DNA from: Vicugna vicugna
Lineage: Eukaryota
Assembly: GCA_013265495.1 (NCBI GenBank)
Contig: MU058781.1
Span: 7,731,009 to 7,795,008 of the forward strand
DNA: 64,000 nt
Reading direction: 5' to 3'
Made by a program: the position numbers and the translations under genes. Under the pieces are notes generated by a model. That model searched no databases. It had not been told where the DNA came from and saw nothing but the letters and a program-made list of their open reading frames with translations. Below, piece by piece: positions 51,503-64,000 of this stretch. Numbering within the stretch: the stretch's first letter is position 1; every line of letters starts with the position of its first letter.

Positions 51503-52132
51503 ACAGTGTGCCTGTTACTCATGTAACCACCACTCTCCAGCCCAGGAAGGAGTTGCAATAAAGAATAAAACTTGAAATAGGTTATGTTACTAAAATTGCT
51601 GCAACAGATTAGAATGAGGGATGCTTTATCCACTGGGGGTCCTAACAATGTAGGGATGAACAGAAAAGATGGTTTTCTAGAATTTGCAGATGTTGGCATC
51701 TAGCAGAAGTAGGAAGGGGCTTCATAACACTGTGACAGTCCTGCTCTTCCTAAGTGTTAATGCAGCTGATGGACTAAGACAGTGGGAAGTGGTGAGTTTC
51801 AGGCAGTCATTCCAAGGGCATACTAACTGGGGAAGAAATGTGAGGGTGCTAGAGGTGCTTATTTTTACCATCAAATTGGTGTGAACTGAGCAAAGATAAA
51901 CGTCTAGCATCCAAATAAAATTGTTTTTGCATTATAAATTGGCATCTTATATAGCTGAAATACACTATCTTTATATTCTTTCTTCTTCATTAGAACTTAC
52001 TGCAATGTGTCACCCCTGGAAGTTTAATAATATCTGCTCATTAATCGAGACCTGCATGTACAATCAAGGTCTCAGGACTCCTCATTTGGCTTTTTTCCCT
52101 CTGTGTTCGAAGATTCTATATGATTTTACAAG

Positions 52133-52655
52133 ATACATCAGTCAGGGCTCAGAGAGGAACACAGAAACAAATTCAAGAATTTTAAATGAACATAACAATA
52201 CAAGAAATTGGTTACTAAATATTGGAAGGGCTAAATCAATAAAGAAGAAAGTAGGGGCAGAGTTTGATTGGTAATTGCAAGACAATTTCACCCCATCTGC
52301 AGAAGGAAAAGGAAACGTACTAAGAGCCTGTGGTCTCGGTCACTAAACCTGCTGGATAATCTCTTGTTGCTGGCGGAGCTACCACTACTCACACTACTTT
52401 GAAAGACCGTAGGAACAGCCTAATTCTTTTGCTACTGCTGCCAGAGGTGCTGTCGGAAACCAGAAGGAAAGAATATGTTCTCTCTTATTTCCACCTTCCA
52501 ATCTCCTGGAGGGTCTCCTGCTAGAAGAACAGAAGGGAGCCACTTGGCAAGGGAGTCTGTTAAATAAAGTTTGCAGGCTTCCAAACTGTTTGTAAGAGAA
52601 GATCACAGATGCATGGGAACAGACCTGCGAGGCCACAGACAAGTAATCAGCCCTG
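52133..52655 (-). mobile_element. ERVL solo LTR (LTR33-like)
   Basis: catcagtcagggctcag..acagaaac...aattggttact...ccttccaatctcc...tggcaagggagtctg..agtttgcaggcttcc. Confidence 0.8.
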
Positions 52656-54239
52656 GCTAATCCAACTCGAATGCAAGAAGGAAGCTGACAAGACTGGTGG
52701 CGTCCCGACAGATTAAATTTCATCATCAAAGGGAATTTTTTGATAGAAATTATAGTGATGGCCGGCCATATACCACAATAGGAAAACCATCGATTTTTTT
52801 CCTTTTGCTTTGTGATGGATAGATTTAGTTTAAAAATACTTGCTTCTATTGACTAAAATTTGAGACAGAAAACACTTATAAAAAACAATCAATATGCACC
52901 ATATATTATAATCCATAATACACAACCAGTATAAATAACATACATTTATTAGACCCTTAACTGGCACATGGATTACCTGTAAACACTTAGAATAAGAAAG
53001 ACAGGGCAACAAAGGAGCTCTACTGCCTGACACAGGGCCAAATACAGCATCTGAGGATGAGACTTGATGGAAATAGCTCATGAAAATTGACTCCCACGAG
53101 AGAATGGCTTTTTTATGTCAGCTCAATAACTTCTAGGAAATAAATGAAGACACTTTAAAAATCAAAGTGATATAATCATGTAAGTGGAGCCTTATAAAAA
53201 CTGATACTGGCACAGCACACCAGCTCCAAAGTATGACAACATTTACCACATCAGGAGAAAGTAATGAATTGTAGTAAGTCGGGAAACAAGCTAAGAAGTC
53301 ATTAATATCTCTGAATCAGTTTTGTAAAGCTAGTATCTTAATTTTGTGGTATTTTGACTAGAGCGAAGAATACTGAGTAACAAAAACAAGACATGAACTA
53401 AATGATGGTGATTTCTGAGACTTTTTGTTCATACTACATCTTCCCTTTCCATTGGAGACTGAAGTGTTACATTTCATCTTGGAAGAAAGTAGTCATCTAT
53501 ATAAGGAAAGTAAAATTTTAAAGCAAGTTAGCAGTCAAACAGAACCTGAATGCCAAATACTGGATCTCCTCAAAGGTTGTATCTATAGACAGCACATGTC
53601 CTACCAAGGAAATACCAAGTGCAAATGATGGCAATGTTTTTATTTCACATTGATAGACTCTGCCATTCATTAGCAGACATTTCAAAACCAAAGCTGTCTC
53701 ACCAGTCTTGAAGTTCTCATCTTCCTTTATTTCTAATAACCATCTGTTTGTTCTTAGACCAAGGATCTCAGCTTTTCCCCGTGAAGAAGCTAACATCAAC
53801 TTCCCAAGCCCCAGAGACGGCTCTGGTCTGGTAGAGACAAAGAAGTAAATCACTGAGCATGAAGGAGAGGAGCTCCCAGACGCTCTCCTCTCCTGGAGGC
53901 CACACGCCTGGGAACAGCCACCAGCAGTCCTGCCCTAAATCAATCCCATGAAATTTAGGAACTTAGGACAATCACTGTCATTTAGATGGTGCCCTACAAA
54001 ACACAGAACCACAAGCTGCAGAGAAGGAACTGTAACTCCAGCAGGATATTGGAAACGTGTGCCTCGTGCAGGCACAAGTAATATGTCTGTAACTCCAGGA
54101 CAGCTTCTAGCCAAAGAATGTCTTAGAGCTTGGTGTACACCCATCCTCCATTTCCCCCTCCAGTGGCCACCTCCCTCCCTGATCTAAGCAGCTGTCCTTC
54201 ACAGTATTTGTTTAGTTTGTGAAAGACAGGGTGAAATCA

Positions 54240-54431
54240 TGTTATTTCATCAATGAGAGATATGTCTGTGTTAATGGAGTCTTACACTAATCATCTCTCT
54301 GAAATCAGGATGTGTCTAACTGTCAAAGCAAATTCATAATTTAAATTGGTAACACTTCTTTTGGTTTTATCGGTACATAAAGTAATGGTGCATTTTTCAA
54401 TCTTTAGTGTTGGAGATTACAGAAAACATAG
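54240..54431. mobile_element. MER104-like TcMar MITE
   Basis: tatttcatcaat...tctctgaaatcaggatgtgtct...aattggtaacac...ggtacataaagtaatggtgcat. Confidence 0.8.
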
Positions 54432-54900
54432 CACCTCATAAATGTGTACACACTGGACAAATTTCAGATTCCTATTCTATAAAGTGTGGAGGCCGCCACT
54501 TAACTAAAATGATTTCTTAATGTTTCTTTCACCTTCAAAAGCTATTACACCATAGACTGGATTCTCTGCAAGGGTGATTTGGTAACAGAAATGAGTTGTT
54601 ATTGACAAATGATCTTTGCAAGGAAACTAAGCTGCTCTCCAAGGTTAATAAGCAGGGAACAGTTTAGCTGAGGACAAGACCAGGCACCCCACAAAGGGAG
54701 AAGAACAAGAAGCCCAGAGCAGGACTGCAGGTACAGTATTTAACATGTTTTCACATTTGTAAAGTGCAAACATTATCTTGCCTGCTCTGCTGGCACATAC
54801 AGTAGCAAGCATGACCCCTCCTCTCCATAATATTTTAGAGGCTCAGAAGTTGTATTCACAAATTATAAACCAAGCTGGAAATTTTCTGATTGGGAATAAA

Positions 54901-55418
54901 TGCAGTAGGGAAGAACAAATCTGACTCCACATTAGCTCTGTTCCTTGGGCTCTAACTCTGTGCTCTGTCTTCTAGGCTTAGTCATGCTGGTTTTGCACCT
55001 TTTGTAAAAGAATGTTGCTTATGGACTAAAATATACAGGCTAGCCTATTTTCAAGGCTCTGACCTTTAAGGGTAGAACACTTTTCCATTCATATAGAGAT
55101 AAAAGTTGCAGAACAGAGAATAACGTTTGTCTTGTTGGAGGTTTACAGGAACATCATGACCTGACCACACGGACAGCTGCGAGAACAAAGGATTCCAACA
55201 CCAAGGAGCTTGCAACAACCAACCACTCTCCCTCTCCTTTTTAGCATTAAAGGAGCCTGAATTCTGACTTAGGGAAGACGGTTCTCCATGACATCGCTCC
55301 CCTATCTTCTCAGTCTGCTGGCTTTCCGAATAAAGTCACTATTCCTTGCCCCAACAACTCATCTCCTGATTTACTGGCCTGTCGTGTGGCGAGCAAAACA
55401 AGTTTGGACTTGGTAGCA
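54901..55418 (+). mobile_element. ERV1 solo LTR (artiodactyl MER41-like), second copy
   Basis: tgcagtagggaagaacaaatctgactccacattag...ccgaataaagtcactattccttgccccaaca...tttggacttggtagca. Confidence 0.9.
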
Positions 55419-56899
55419 AAAAGAGAATGATTTATTCTACACCCCCCCCCCAAAAAAAAGAAAGAGAAAAAGAAAAAGCCTGACAGTTCCTAATACGGAA
55501 GTGGCCCCAGAGAAAGCTACTAAGCCACTTATCTGTTGAAGGTATAATTATTTTTGATTCTATAAACTGTACTGAAATTTGAATGTATTACGAATTGTGA
55601 TAAAATGCCCCACCCCACCTCACCCCCGCCTCTTGAAGGTAGGTGCACTGGAAGGCCTGCTAGATGCATTACAGGGACACACCAGGCGTCCCACGAGCTG
55701 AGGATGTGCCACTTTGATCTCCCAGCAAGCGGACTGTGACACGGTGTCCCCACAGAGCTGAAGGCACCGCACAGGAGGGTCTTTTAACTAATGTGCACAG
55801 AGGGAAAAATTTATGAGGTTCTTATGAAGTGGTTTGTTTTAGCTCTGAATAGAGGAAGAGAGGGAGAGAGACAGAAGGGGCATGATTCTGTGACATAAAG
55901 ACCCAGTCGGGCCTGGTGTGACTTTTATCACCTTCAAACACATTTGAGAAGACTAACCTCAAAGCACGAGACTGTTCTCAGCACAGCACGTAAGGAATGG
56001 AAGGCAGAAGGTAGCTCGTCTGTAAACAACCCACAAAGCAAACTGCCAGATGATATTTCCTGAACTGAAATCTCTGAGTTACAATGGGAACAGCTTCTCA
56101 GTATATAAAGAGCCTAAGTCCTCTCTTTGGTTCCAACAGGGCTTTGTCATGACTTGTAATAAGCTCAACATTGTAATGCATGTTCAAAAAAAAAACTGAC
56201 TGTTACTGTGTGTGCAAAAAAATACAATGCACATGTACCAGGACGTTTAACAAAACAGCACCTGCACAAACCAAGACTGCAACTCTATTCTCAGCTTATC
56301 TTTGCTTTTCACTCACTGGGATCATTTCTGTTTCAATGGGAAAGGAAAGCCGCACATGCTAGCATGATTCAGACGTTAAACTGAGGCGACCACTTTAGTA
56401 TGAATCAGCGCTCTGTAAACAAAACAAAAATCTGAAAAATTTTTAAACCCAAATATTCTCTGATAAATATAACGAGAGTCCATGATGACAATGGTAATCG
56501 TAGACTACAAGTAACCCAGGCTTTTAAAATTGGGACTGGAATTTAGGGGGGAGGGTACTTCATAATTATGGGCTATATTTTAAAAACTTTATACTCTTAA
56601 AAAAGTAATTGAAACTTCCTGTAAAGCTGTTCTTTAAAATAACTTGATTAACAGAGTCATAGAATTAAGGTACAGATAGGTGAAAGGACATAACTAGCAC
56701 TAATGATTATATTTATGCATCACATAACCATCATCAGGGAATCATGATTTATTCATTTAAAACCATCATCTTGGTTTTAAAAATGCCAAGAATTAACAAA
56801 GCTCTTGAAATCAAATCCATCATTCATCTGCAGCAGGCAAGCAAAACATCTTCTGACTCATTGAAAACAGACAACCCCCATGGATAATAAAAACCACCA

Positions 56900-57140
56900 C
56901 AACAAATACTGACTGTTTATCATTATATTCACTGAAAGTGCCACACCTTACACTAAATACTTCACAGATATTTTCTTATTGAGTTTCTTCAAGAGCCCTA
57001 TTAGGTAGGTACTCTTACGCTTTGACTTTGGCAGGTAAGTAACCTGAGGTTTTGGATCCGTGAACCTTGCTCAGGTCATACTGCCAGCCAGTGGCAGAGC
57101 TGGGCAGTGTGGCTCTGGATGTGAGCTTTCGCACCTCACT
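56900..57140 (-). mobile_element. MIR SINE
   Basis: cactaaatacttcacagata...ccctattaggtaggtact...ttgctcaggtcatactgccagccagtggcagagctggg. Confidence 0.8.
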
Positions 57141-57349
57141 GCTTCCCCCCAGGTCTGGTCATCGCATATTTCTCAGTTACCTTCGCTATCAAAGGAAAAC
57201 AGCAAAACGACATCATGCTGGGACCTGGGCAAATGCACATTTTAACCCCATGGAGAGCAGGAGCCGACTGCAAGAAGAGCTGAAAGTGAACAGTGAGCTT
57301 CCATAATCTGAACCATTACAATCGCACAAAAGCAAGGCTTACTATAGCC

Positions 57350-57556
57350 ACAGAGCCTGAAACTGGGAAACAATTTGAGAGAGCATGGTGTTCCGTCCAA
57401 CACAGTGATTCTATCCAATGCATTTTGGCAGATGGCCATCCAGTCTTTGCTTGAACTTTTCCAGTGATGGGGCACTCACCACCTACCCGGCAGTCTATTC
57501 CAATTTTGGATGATTTTGAATTTTTAGAAAGGGTTTCCTTATGTGGAGCCAAAAAA
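57350..57556 (-). mobile_element. L3/CR1 LINE 3' fragment
   Basis: cagatggccatccagtctttgcttgaacttttccagtgatggggcactcaccacct..ggcagtctattcca typical of reverse CR1 end. Confidence 0.8.
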
Positions 57557-58835
57557 ATCAGAGGTGCTGGTACTTCGAGGAATTACTTTTACAACAAGTA
57601 ATACTTTAGTGATACATACTAAATCCTGTATCATGTGATCATTAAAAGGGATACTGTTTTACTGTAAAACATGGGAGGTAAAGTGTAATTCAAAGGGTAG
57701 CATAATTAGTTTCATAAATGGTGCCTCAAGGTTGGAATTCATTTCTAGTGATTGTGTCAAGGCCACTAAAATCTGATGCTGAGCCTGGATTAGAGTGCAT
57801 AACCCTGAACAGAATTTGCCAATAAGCCAAGGAAGCCAAGGACGCTATGTGCCACAAGACCATTGCACTTCATTGTACCAGCTCTGCACCACGATTGTGT
57901 TGGTCAAGATACACCTCATACCTGGTTGAACCAAGATTCAGAAATGAGCAAGACATCAGGGGTGTATGTGGTAGGTCTGTGAAGAGGTAATTTCCAGCAA
58001 AAATCCTCTGAGAGAAGATAGTAGGAGGACCTGAGTGTTCATTCTGACATCAGAGATATTGGAGATACAGGACAGGCTGAGGGTGGCCATGGCTCTCCAC
58101 ACTGCTGGGCTCCCTTAGAATGCAGGGCTTCTGCTGGACAGAACCAAGCACTGTGCCCCGCTTCACATGCCCACCCTGCACATCCAGCCAAACAGACTTA
58201 ACTTCAGGGAAAATATTTGTTCTCAAAGCAAACAGAATAGGAATATACTTGAATCTGTTCTACAGATACACAGTGCCGCCCCTTAGCCGAATGCCTTACC
58301 CCTGAGCTGCTCACCACACTCTGTAAACCAAATGTCAGACAGGACCGGAGGGCGGAACTACTTCATTTCCACAGGGAAGTGTAAGATTTGCTTATATCAC
58401 CAAACATTTTATATCCATTTCTGTCTAAAATGAAAACTTAGCAGCCACCAAGCCTGGATTATATTCTAAGTAGATGCTACATCAGAAGAATTGATGAGTT
58501 TCGCTTACCAAGAAGTGGTAAGGCACTGCCCTGCCCTGAGTCCAAGAAAAGCTCCAGCTGACCTCCAGAATTAGCCAACGTCTGTGGTCTCGCTGAACTG
58601 AAAAGTGTGTTGCTGGTTATGCAGACTTCTCAATTGCACACTCTACGTGTCAACAGGCTGCCTGACTTTTTTTTGGAGTCGATGTAGTCATCTTTTGATA
58701 ACAATTTTATTCAGGTTTTAACTCAAAAGTTGTGGTCGTTATGTTAAATTACATGTTTATTTCTTTTTAAATTTTAATCCATTAAAAAAAAACTAGTGAA
58801 ATTATTTGAATTTCAGAATAAACCACCACATACTA

Positions 58836-59179
58836 CAGGGTATCCCAGAAGTCCTAGCACAGTTTTAAGCTTTAACCTCAGAAGCAAAAATGCTACAAAT
58901 GTCCAAGGAACACTCCTTGCAGTATTTATGGTTTCCTTCCTTTTACACTTAGGCAGTTTTGTGAGTTTTTAGTATGTTTCTCATTTTATTTTTTTCCAGT
59001 TCTTCTCACTGTAGATGGCACACACTAATTAAAGATATGAAAAGATTATTCAAGATTCACAAAGTTGCATACATACAAAGGAGCATAAGTAATTAATATT
59101 TCAAAAGATTATTATAAGGTCGTACACTGATACTTCTGAAGTAATTAAAGTCATAAGTTAAGGTGTTTGAGACACCCTG
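58836..59179. mobile_element. Non-autonomous Tc1/mariner-type element
   Basis: TA|cagggtatcccagaa ... tttgagacaccctg|CA: terminal inverted repeats with (degenerate) TA target. Confidence 0.75.
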
Positions 59180-59338
59180 CAGGACGGCTACTGAGTTGGC
59201 TACATCTTGTGGGAATGCAGCAACCCAAACGCCCTCTTTGTCTATAGGCTTCTTCACTCACTGCCTCACAAGGAGCATGTACAACACAGAAAGAGGATTC
59301 TTGCCTTTAAGACGGCATTTTCACTTTGCGAATGTATA

Positions 59339-59721
59339 CACGCACACCTCGGAGATACTGTCATGTTTTGGTTCCACAGTGCATATGAAAGTTATGTTTA
59401 CACTATACTGTTGTCTATTAAGTGTACAGCAGCACTATGTTTAAAAAGACAAAGTACATACTTTAATTTAAAAATATTGCTAAAAAATTCTAACCATCAC
59501 CTGAACCTTCAGTGACTAGTAATCGTTTTGCTGGTGGAGGGTTTGAAGTATTCCAAGCATTACCAAAGGTGACACAGAGATAGGAAGTGAGCAAATGCTG
59601 TTGGAAAATATGGCCCCTAAAGACTTGCTCGATGCCATTTCTAAAAATGCCTTCCGTTTGTTAAAAATGCAGTCTCTGTGTAGCACCATAAAGCAAAGTA
59701 CAATAAAACAAGGTATGCCTG
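59339..59721 (-). mobile_element. Tigger1 internal-deletion MITE (Tigger1a_Art-like)
   Basis: Both Tigger1 ends joined: TA|cacgcacacctcggagata...ttttgctggtggagggtttgaagtatt...gacacagaga..tgctgttggaaaa...caataaaacaaggtatgcctg. Confidence 0.92.
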
Positions 59722-60309
59722 CAAATGCAGGGCAGAGGCGTTTAGAGAAGAGCGCCTTCTCCGAGGACGCATCCTGGCCTCGGCCCCAGGACACGCGACT
59801 GAAACTCGGAGAACAACGTTTCACTCATCTTCGAGCTGGAGAATCTAATCATATGAAGATGGGGAGGTTAAGAAGAGATTTTCTTGATTGAACTTTCACA
59901 AGCAAAGCTGGCAACGAGCCTGCTTTGAGAAATTGTGCCTACGTGCAGATTTGATTCATTCTTTCCACTCCCGAGACGAGAAAAACACAGCAAAAGTGGA
60001 GCCTCGTGCTCAGTTTTCACTCCAGTTCTTTAGACGATTCCGCCTGCCCCTCCGCCACCCCCCAGTTTCTCTAAGAGACACTGAATGTCACCACCACAGG
60101 AAAATCGAACTAGACTGTAGAGGAGGCCAAAATTAGGCTTTATCACTCGACCAAGATAGAATAATCAAGCAGAAATCATCTTCCAGCCTAATCACATTGA
60201 CTTATTTTGTGAACAAGGAAAACTGAACAAGAGTTTTTTTTTATCATGCTGGATTCTATCGATCTTGGATAAACGCTTCCTAGTAGATACTCTGTCTGAG
60301 ACACCGCTT

Positions 60310-60450
60310 CCATAGCATATGTTTAATTTCACTTCTCCCCCGTAGACTGAAAGCTAATAGGAGGTAGAGACCATCCCCATTCACGGTTCTGTTGACAGCA
60401 CAGAGCTGGTACACGGAACAGAATCAACAGATGCTTAACTAAACGAACTG
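60310..60450 (+). mobile_element. L2 3' tail
   Basis: tctcccccgtagactgaaagct...gaggtagagacca...agcacagagctggtacac...tcaacagatgctt. Confidence 0.7.
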
Positions 60451-61689
60451 TGGAGACAGTATGAATTCTTACACAAAAGCAAGATGTTGGAGCACGCTCA
60501 TCTTTGGATTCCTGCCTATACTGGGTTGGATAGGGGAAAAAACAATTCTTTTATAATAAATCATCCCTTTGGATGACACCATGTTCTAATTTTTAAAGGG
60601 AAAGATGGCAGACAAAAGACAAAGTGTGTTGAACAAAGTCTAGAAAATGGTCCAGAACAGTGGGAGACTCAGAGGAGAACATGAGGAGATCTCTGTGGGG
60701 ATGGGACTTGGAACCACTTCTTGTAAATGTTGCTTTGAGTCTTCATTTCCATGCAAATGGCATATGAGATCCTCATCCACTATCGACATAAAAGACTGCA
60801 GTGTCAGGCTACCCCATGTAGATTTCATTTCCAAGTCAGCTTTCTCACAAAGGTCTCCCCGTTTTCTGACAAATGAATGTTAACACGTTCATTTGAACAA
60901 GAGCTTATTGTCTCTTATTGGCTGTTGGCTTGTTTGCTTCCTTGGGGGGCTTCACGAAAAAGCAACATTTGGGCAGGAGGGAAAGGGCTTTGGAGTTGTC
61001 AAAAACCACTAGTTAAAAAGCGTCAAACTGTGTTCTGCTGGTGAGTAACTGCCGTGGAAGAAAATGCTTGAAAACAAGACATACATTTTTAATAAATGGA
61101 GACCTAAAAAGTTACTCTGATTTGATCTGAGCCCGACATCATTCTATGCTTCTAAATTCCTTGGGAAACACTAAAATTTTCAATTCCCGTGTTGTCTCTA
61201 AAGTGCTCCCAGGAATGTGAGTATTGTGCAATTATCTTTTGAAAGAATGGAAAGTAAAGGTTTTGTGTTTTTTTTTTAAAAAAAGGATAACCCCTACTCG
61301 ATCTGAAACATACAAGAAGTGCCTAATTTGTCACTTCATCTGACACTCTGAAACAACAGCAAGAATTCTCTAGACCTCTTGCAGACATTCTCTGCTCCTC
61401 GTGTGTACAAGAAGTTTCGTAAGTGTTCCCTACATGAAGTTTAAATGGCTCTGAGTTAACTAGGAAAACTGGAGACATCTTTGTTTACAATTCTCTTTAA
61501 CCCATAAATCATGGAACTGAATGTACTCAGATACCTCGTCATGAGATGTAGCATGACTGACGTTTGTCTCAGACCATCCAGCCGGTTCTGACCCAAAACA
61601 CGGATTCTTCAGACCATCCACTCTTTCTCCTGGGCTACAATAAAATACACACCATAAAAAGGGTCTACTGTTTTGGAGGTACTTTGTGA

Positions 61690-61870
61690 GATGCCTTAAA
61701 TATATGAAGTTCATTTTCCTTGTAGGAAGATAATCCTCCAAGAGCATTACTACTCCCTCCATTTAGAGGAGAAAGCTGAGGGCCATAAAGGATACGTGAC
61801 TCATTCGATGTTAAAAAGCTGGCAAAAGCTGGCCAAGAACACAGCTCAGCCTGACTCCAAAGTCATCAAA
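61690..61870 (-). mobile_element. MIR SINE
   Basis: ctccatttagaggagaaagctgagggccataaag..gtgactc...cctgactccaaagtc. Confidence 0.6.
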
Positions 61871-62416
61871 GCTAAACCTCAAAGTCCAGTGAAAATCCGA
61901 CCATGGAAATAGATGGCGGGGGAGGGGGGTTTCTCTGAGGTCTGTGACAGGAAAAAATGTGAACATCAGGCTGTTTTTGGATCTACTAGGAGGAAATCAA
62001 ATGTAGACATGGAAGACCCAACCCTGCTCCACCCTTCACTGATGGAACACTGGCAACACCCAGCCCCACTGAGCCTCAGCATCCTGCTCGGTGAGGCCAG
62101 GACTAAGGTCGGCTCCACCCGCTTCATGGGGCTGCTGAGAAGATCAAGTGAGAAGAAGAGAACACTTCCCAGTATTTATCAGAAAATTATCATCTTAAAT
62201 TCTAAGCCCCATAGACACAGAGTCTCAAATCTCTGCATTTGTCTTTATTAAGCGGAGAAACAAATGAATAGATCGATGATGAATCAATACAAAAATGAAA
62301 AAATGAACACTTCTCCACATATTGCTCAGGGGAAGTCACTGAAAAGATTCGCACCTGCCATTCGAGAATCTCCAGCTATGTACATCATTCTGAGAAATAC
62401 TGAAAGTAAGTGGGGG

Positions 62417-62855
62417 TGCAATCGGATGAATGATGTCCCCCTCAGTCTTGTCCACTTAGAACCTCAGAATGTGCCCTTACTTGGATATAGGACCTCTGCA
62501 GATGTAGTTAAAGAGCTTGAGATGAAATCATGGTGGATTTAGGGTGGGCCCTAACATCAATGACTCTTGTGTCCTTATAAAACGAGGAGCAGACACAGGG
62601 CCACACAGCGAAGACAGTCATGTGACAGTGAAGACAGAGGTTGGAACGATGCTGCTATAAGCCAAGGAATGCTGGGACCCATCAGGAGCTGGGAGAGGCA
62701 AGGAAGGTTTCTTCCCTAGAGGTTTCAGAGGAGCACGGCCCTGCTGACACCTTCATTGTGGACTTTGAACCCCCAGAACTGTGAGAAAATACATTTCTGT
62801 TGTTTTAAGGCACCTAGTCTGTGGTTAATTATGGCAGCCCTAGGAAACTCTAACG
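62417..62855 (+). mobile_element. MaLR solo LTR (MLT1C-like)
   Basis: acctcagaatgtgcccttacttgga...tgcagatgtagttaa...agccaaggaatgc...gcacggccctgctgacacctt...ccagaactgtgagaaaatacatttctgttgttttaag...gcagccctaggaaact. Confidence 0.92.
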
Positions 62856-62951
62856 AAGAGCAGTGTGCCTTCATCCATCATGCTCTTACATCACCAGCAA
62901 GACCGCCTCTCCTCCCCTCCCTCCACCAGATGCTCCCCCCATGGGTGACCT

Positions 62952-62965
62952 GCAGCAGGTGGCAC
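62952..62965 (+). promoter_or_regulatory. Candidate CTCF core motif
   Basis: GCAGCAGGTGGCAC, 1 mismatch to CCASYAGRKGGCRS. Confidence 0.4.
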
Positions 62966-64000
62966 TGGCCAGGTGGTCCCAGTAGTTCATAGCTAATCTC
63001 CACTCCCGCTGATCAGTGCTTGACTGCGAAACAGGATGCACACCTTCAGGATTATCCCTGCTCACAGGCTTTATGGGGCCGCAAGATTCAGTTGCAAATA
63101 TATGGTTCAGTCTAGCTGCTTTGATATAATTTTGTGTTTAGAGCTTTTCATGAGTAGACTGATGCAGGGTGGAACCAGCATCCCAACTGGGTCAAGAATA
63201 AAAATGTTAGTGATAAAAGTTACACATTAAAGATGTGGATATGGCTTATACAGATATCGGTCTCAGCAGAAAAGGTCCCAGTGGATGATAATTACTATTA
63301 CTTTTCACCTTTGCTATTAAAAGAATGTGAAAGACGGGAAATAGGAAAGAGCTGTTTCGGTTTATAAAAGGAGAGAGGATGTGAGTTTTTTTGTTTTTAA
63401 CCCTGGTTACTTATTAAAGGGATTGAGCTCAGGGCCATGGTTCAAAGAATCTGCAGAGGACTCTGGGCATGAGAGGCCCTCAATTAATACTTGATGGATG
63501 AACAATAATAAATAATGTTTTACATACCTCTAATCTTTTAAAATTATTGTAGGTTATGGAGTGTGTGGTAAATTATGAAAGATTTATTAGTATATGGGGA
63601 GTTGGAGGTGGGAATTTCCTAGGCAGGGTCAGGCTCCAGGAATCTTCTCCCCTTCTTCCCTTTTCATTCCTCCCATATCAGTATGAACAACATCTAACCA
63701 GAGGTATAAAAAGGCTAAAAAAAAAACCACAAGGGTCTGTTGAGAAGCACAATAAAGCCTTGCTGTAACAAAATCCTGAGGTCTATCACTCCCCACCTCG
63801 CTGATCTTGCAAACAGAACCCAAGGCCCCGCCCCAAACGTGTCATACGCAGCGATAACGCAGGCAGAAGAAAGGCCTGGACCCTTCAGGCACCACCTGTG
63901 TACACATAAATCCACGCAAACAGTACCCAGCCAAGTTGCGAGCAAGGTCACAGGATGCCCCACAGCCCCCCGCTGAGGCAGGCGGACGAGGACAGGTAAT

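Noticed and set aside
51107..51699. Overlapping minus-strand ORFs with repeated peptide blocks
   Set aside because: Artefact of the 110-bp (non-multiple-of-3) tandem duplication
47793..55418. Two same-orientation LTRs as the ends of an intact ~7.6-kb provirus
   Set aside because: No primer-binding site after the first LTR, no polypurine tract before the second and no gag/pol/env homology. The interval holds older repeats (MER5A, LTR33, MER104) and the LTRs differ substantially.

Overview
Mammalian, AT-rich, non-coding genomic DNA. It is most likely camelid: there is a Vic-1-like tRNA-SINE head at ~37.44 kb, camelid-type L1 3' UTRs and a Tigger1a_Art-like MITE, and I saw no Alu, B1, Bov-A, PRE-1 or CAN-SINE copies. 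I recognise no host protein-coding exon or RNA gene. The only ORFs with real homology are broken L1 ORF2 pieces (13.6 kb minus strand; 30.2-32.2 kb plus strand). A large part of the window is transposon relics (L1, L2, L3/CR1, MIR, MaLR/ERVL/ERV1 solo LTRs, hAT and TcMar elements). All the younger L1s and ERV1-type LTRs point +, consistent with a long intron of a minus-strand gene (inference). The most unusual structure is an old, imperfect ~900-bp inverted repeat at ~34645-35547 that I cannot assign to a repeat family: ~220-bp arms at roughly 70% identity, further symmetry in the spacer, and CpGs retained mainly in the left arm. Smaller oddities are a possible SINE-head/L1-tail chimera, a pure (TA)50, two recent tandem duplications, duplication-flanked micro-insertions and candidate CTCF/ETS sites. 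Family names come from my recall of consensus sequences, not a database search. Boundaries of old repeats are approximate.
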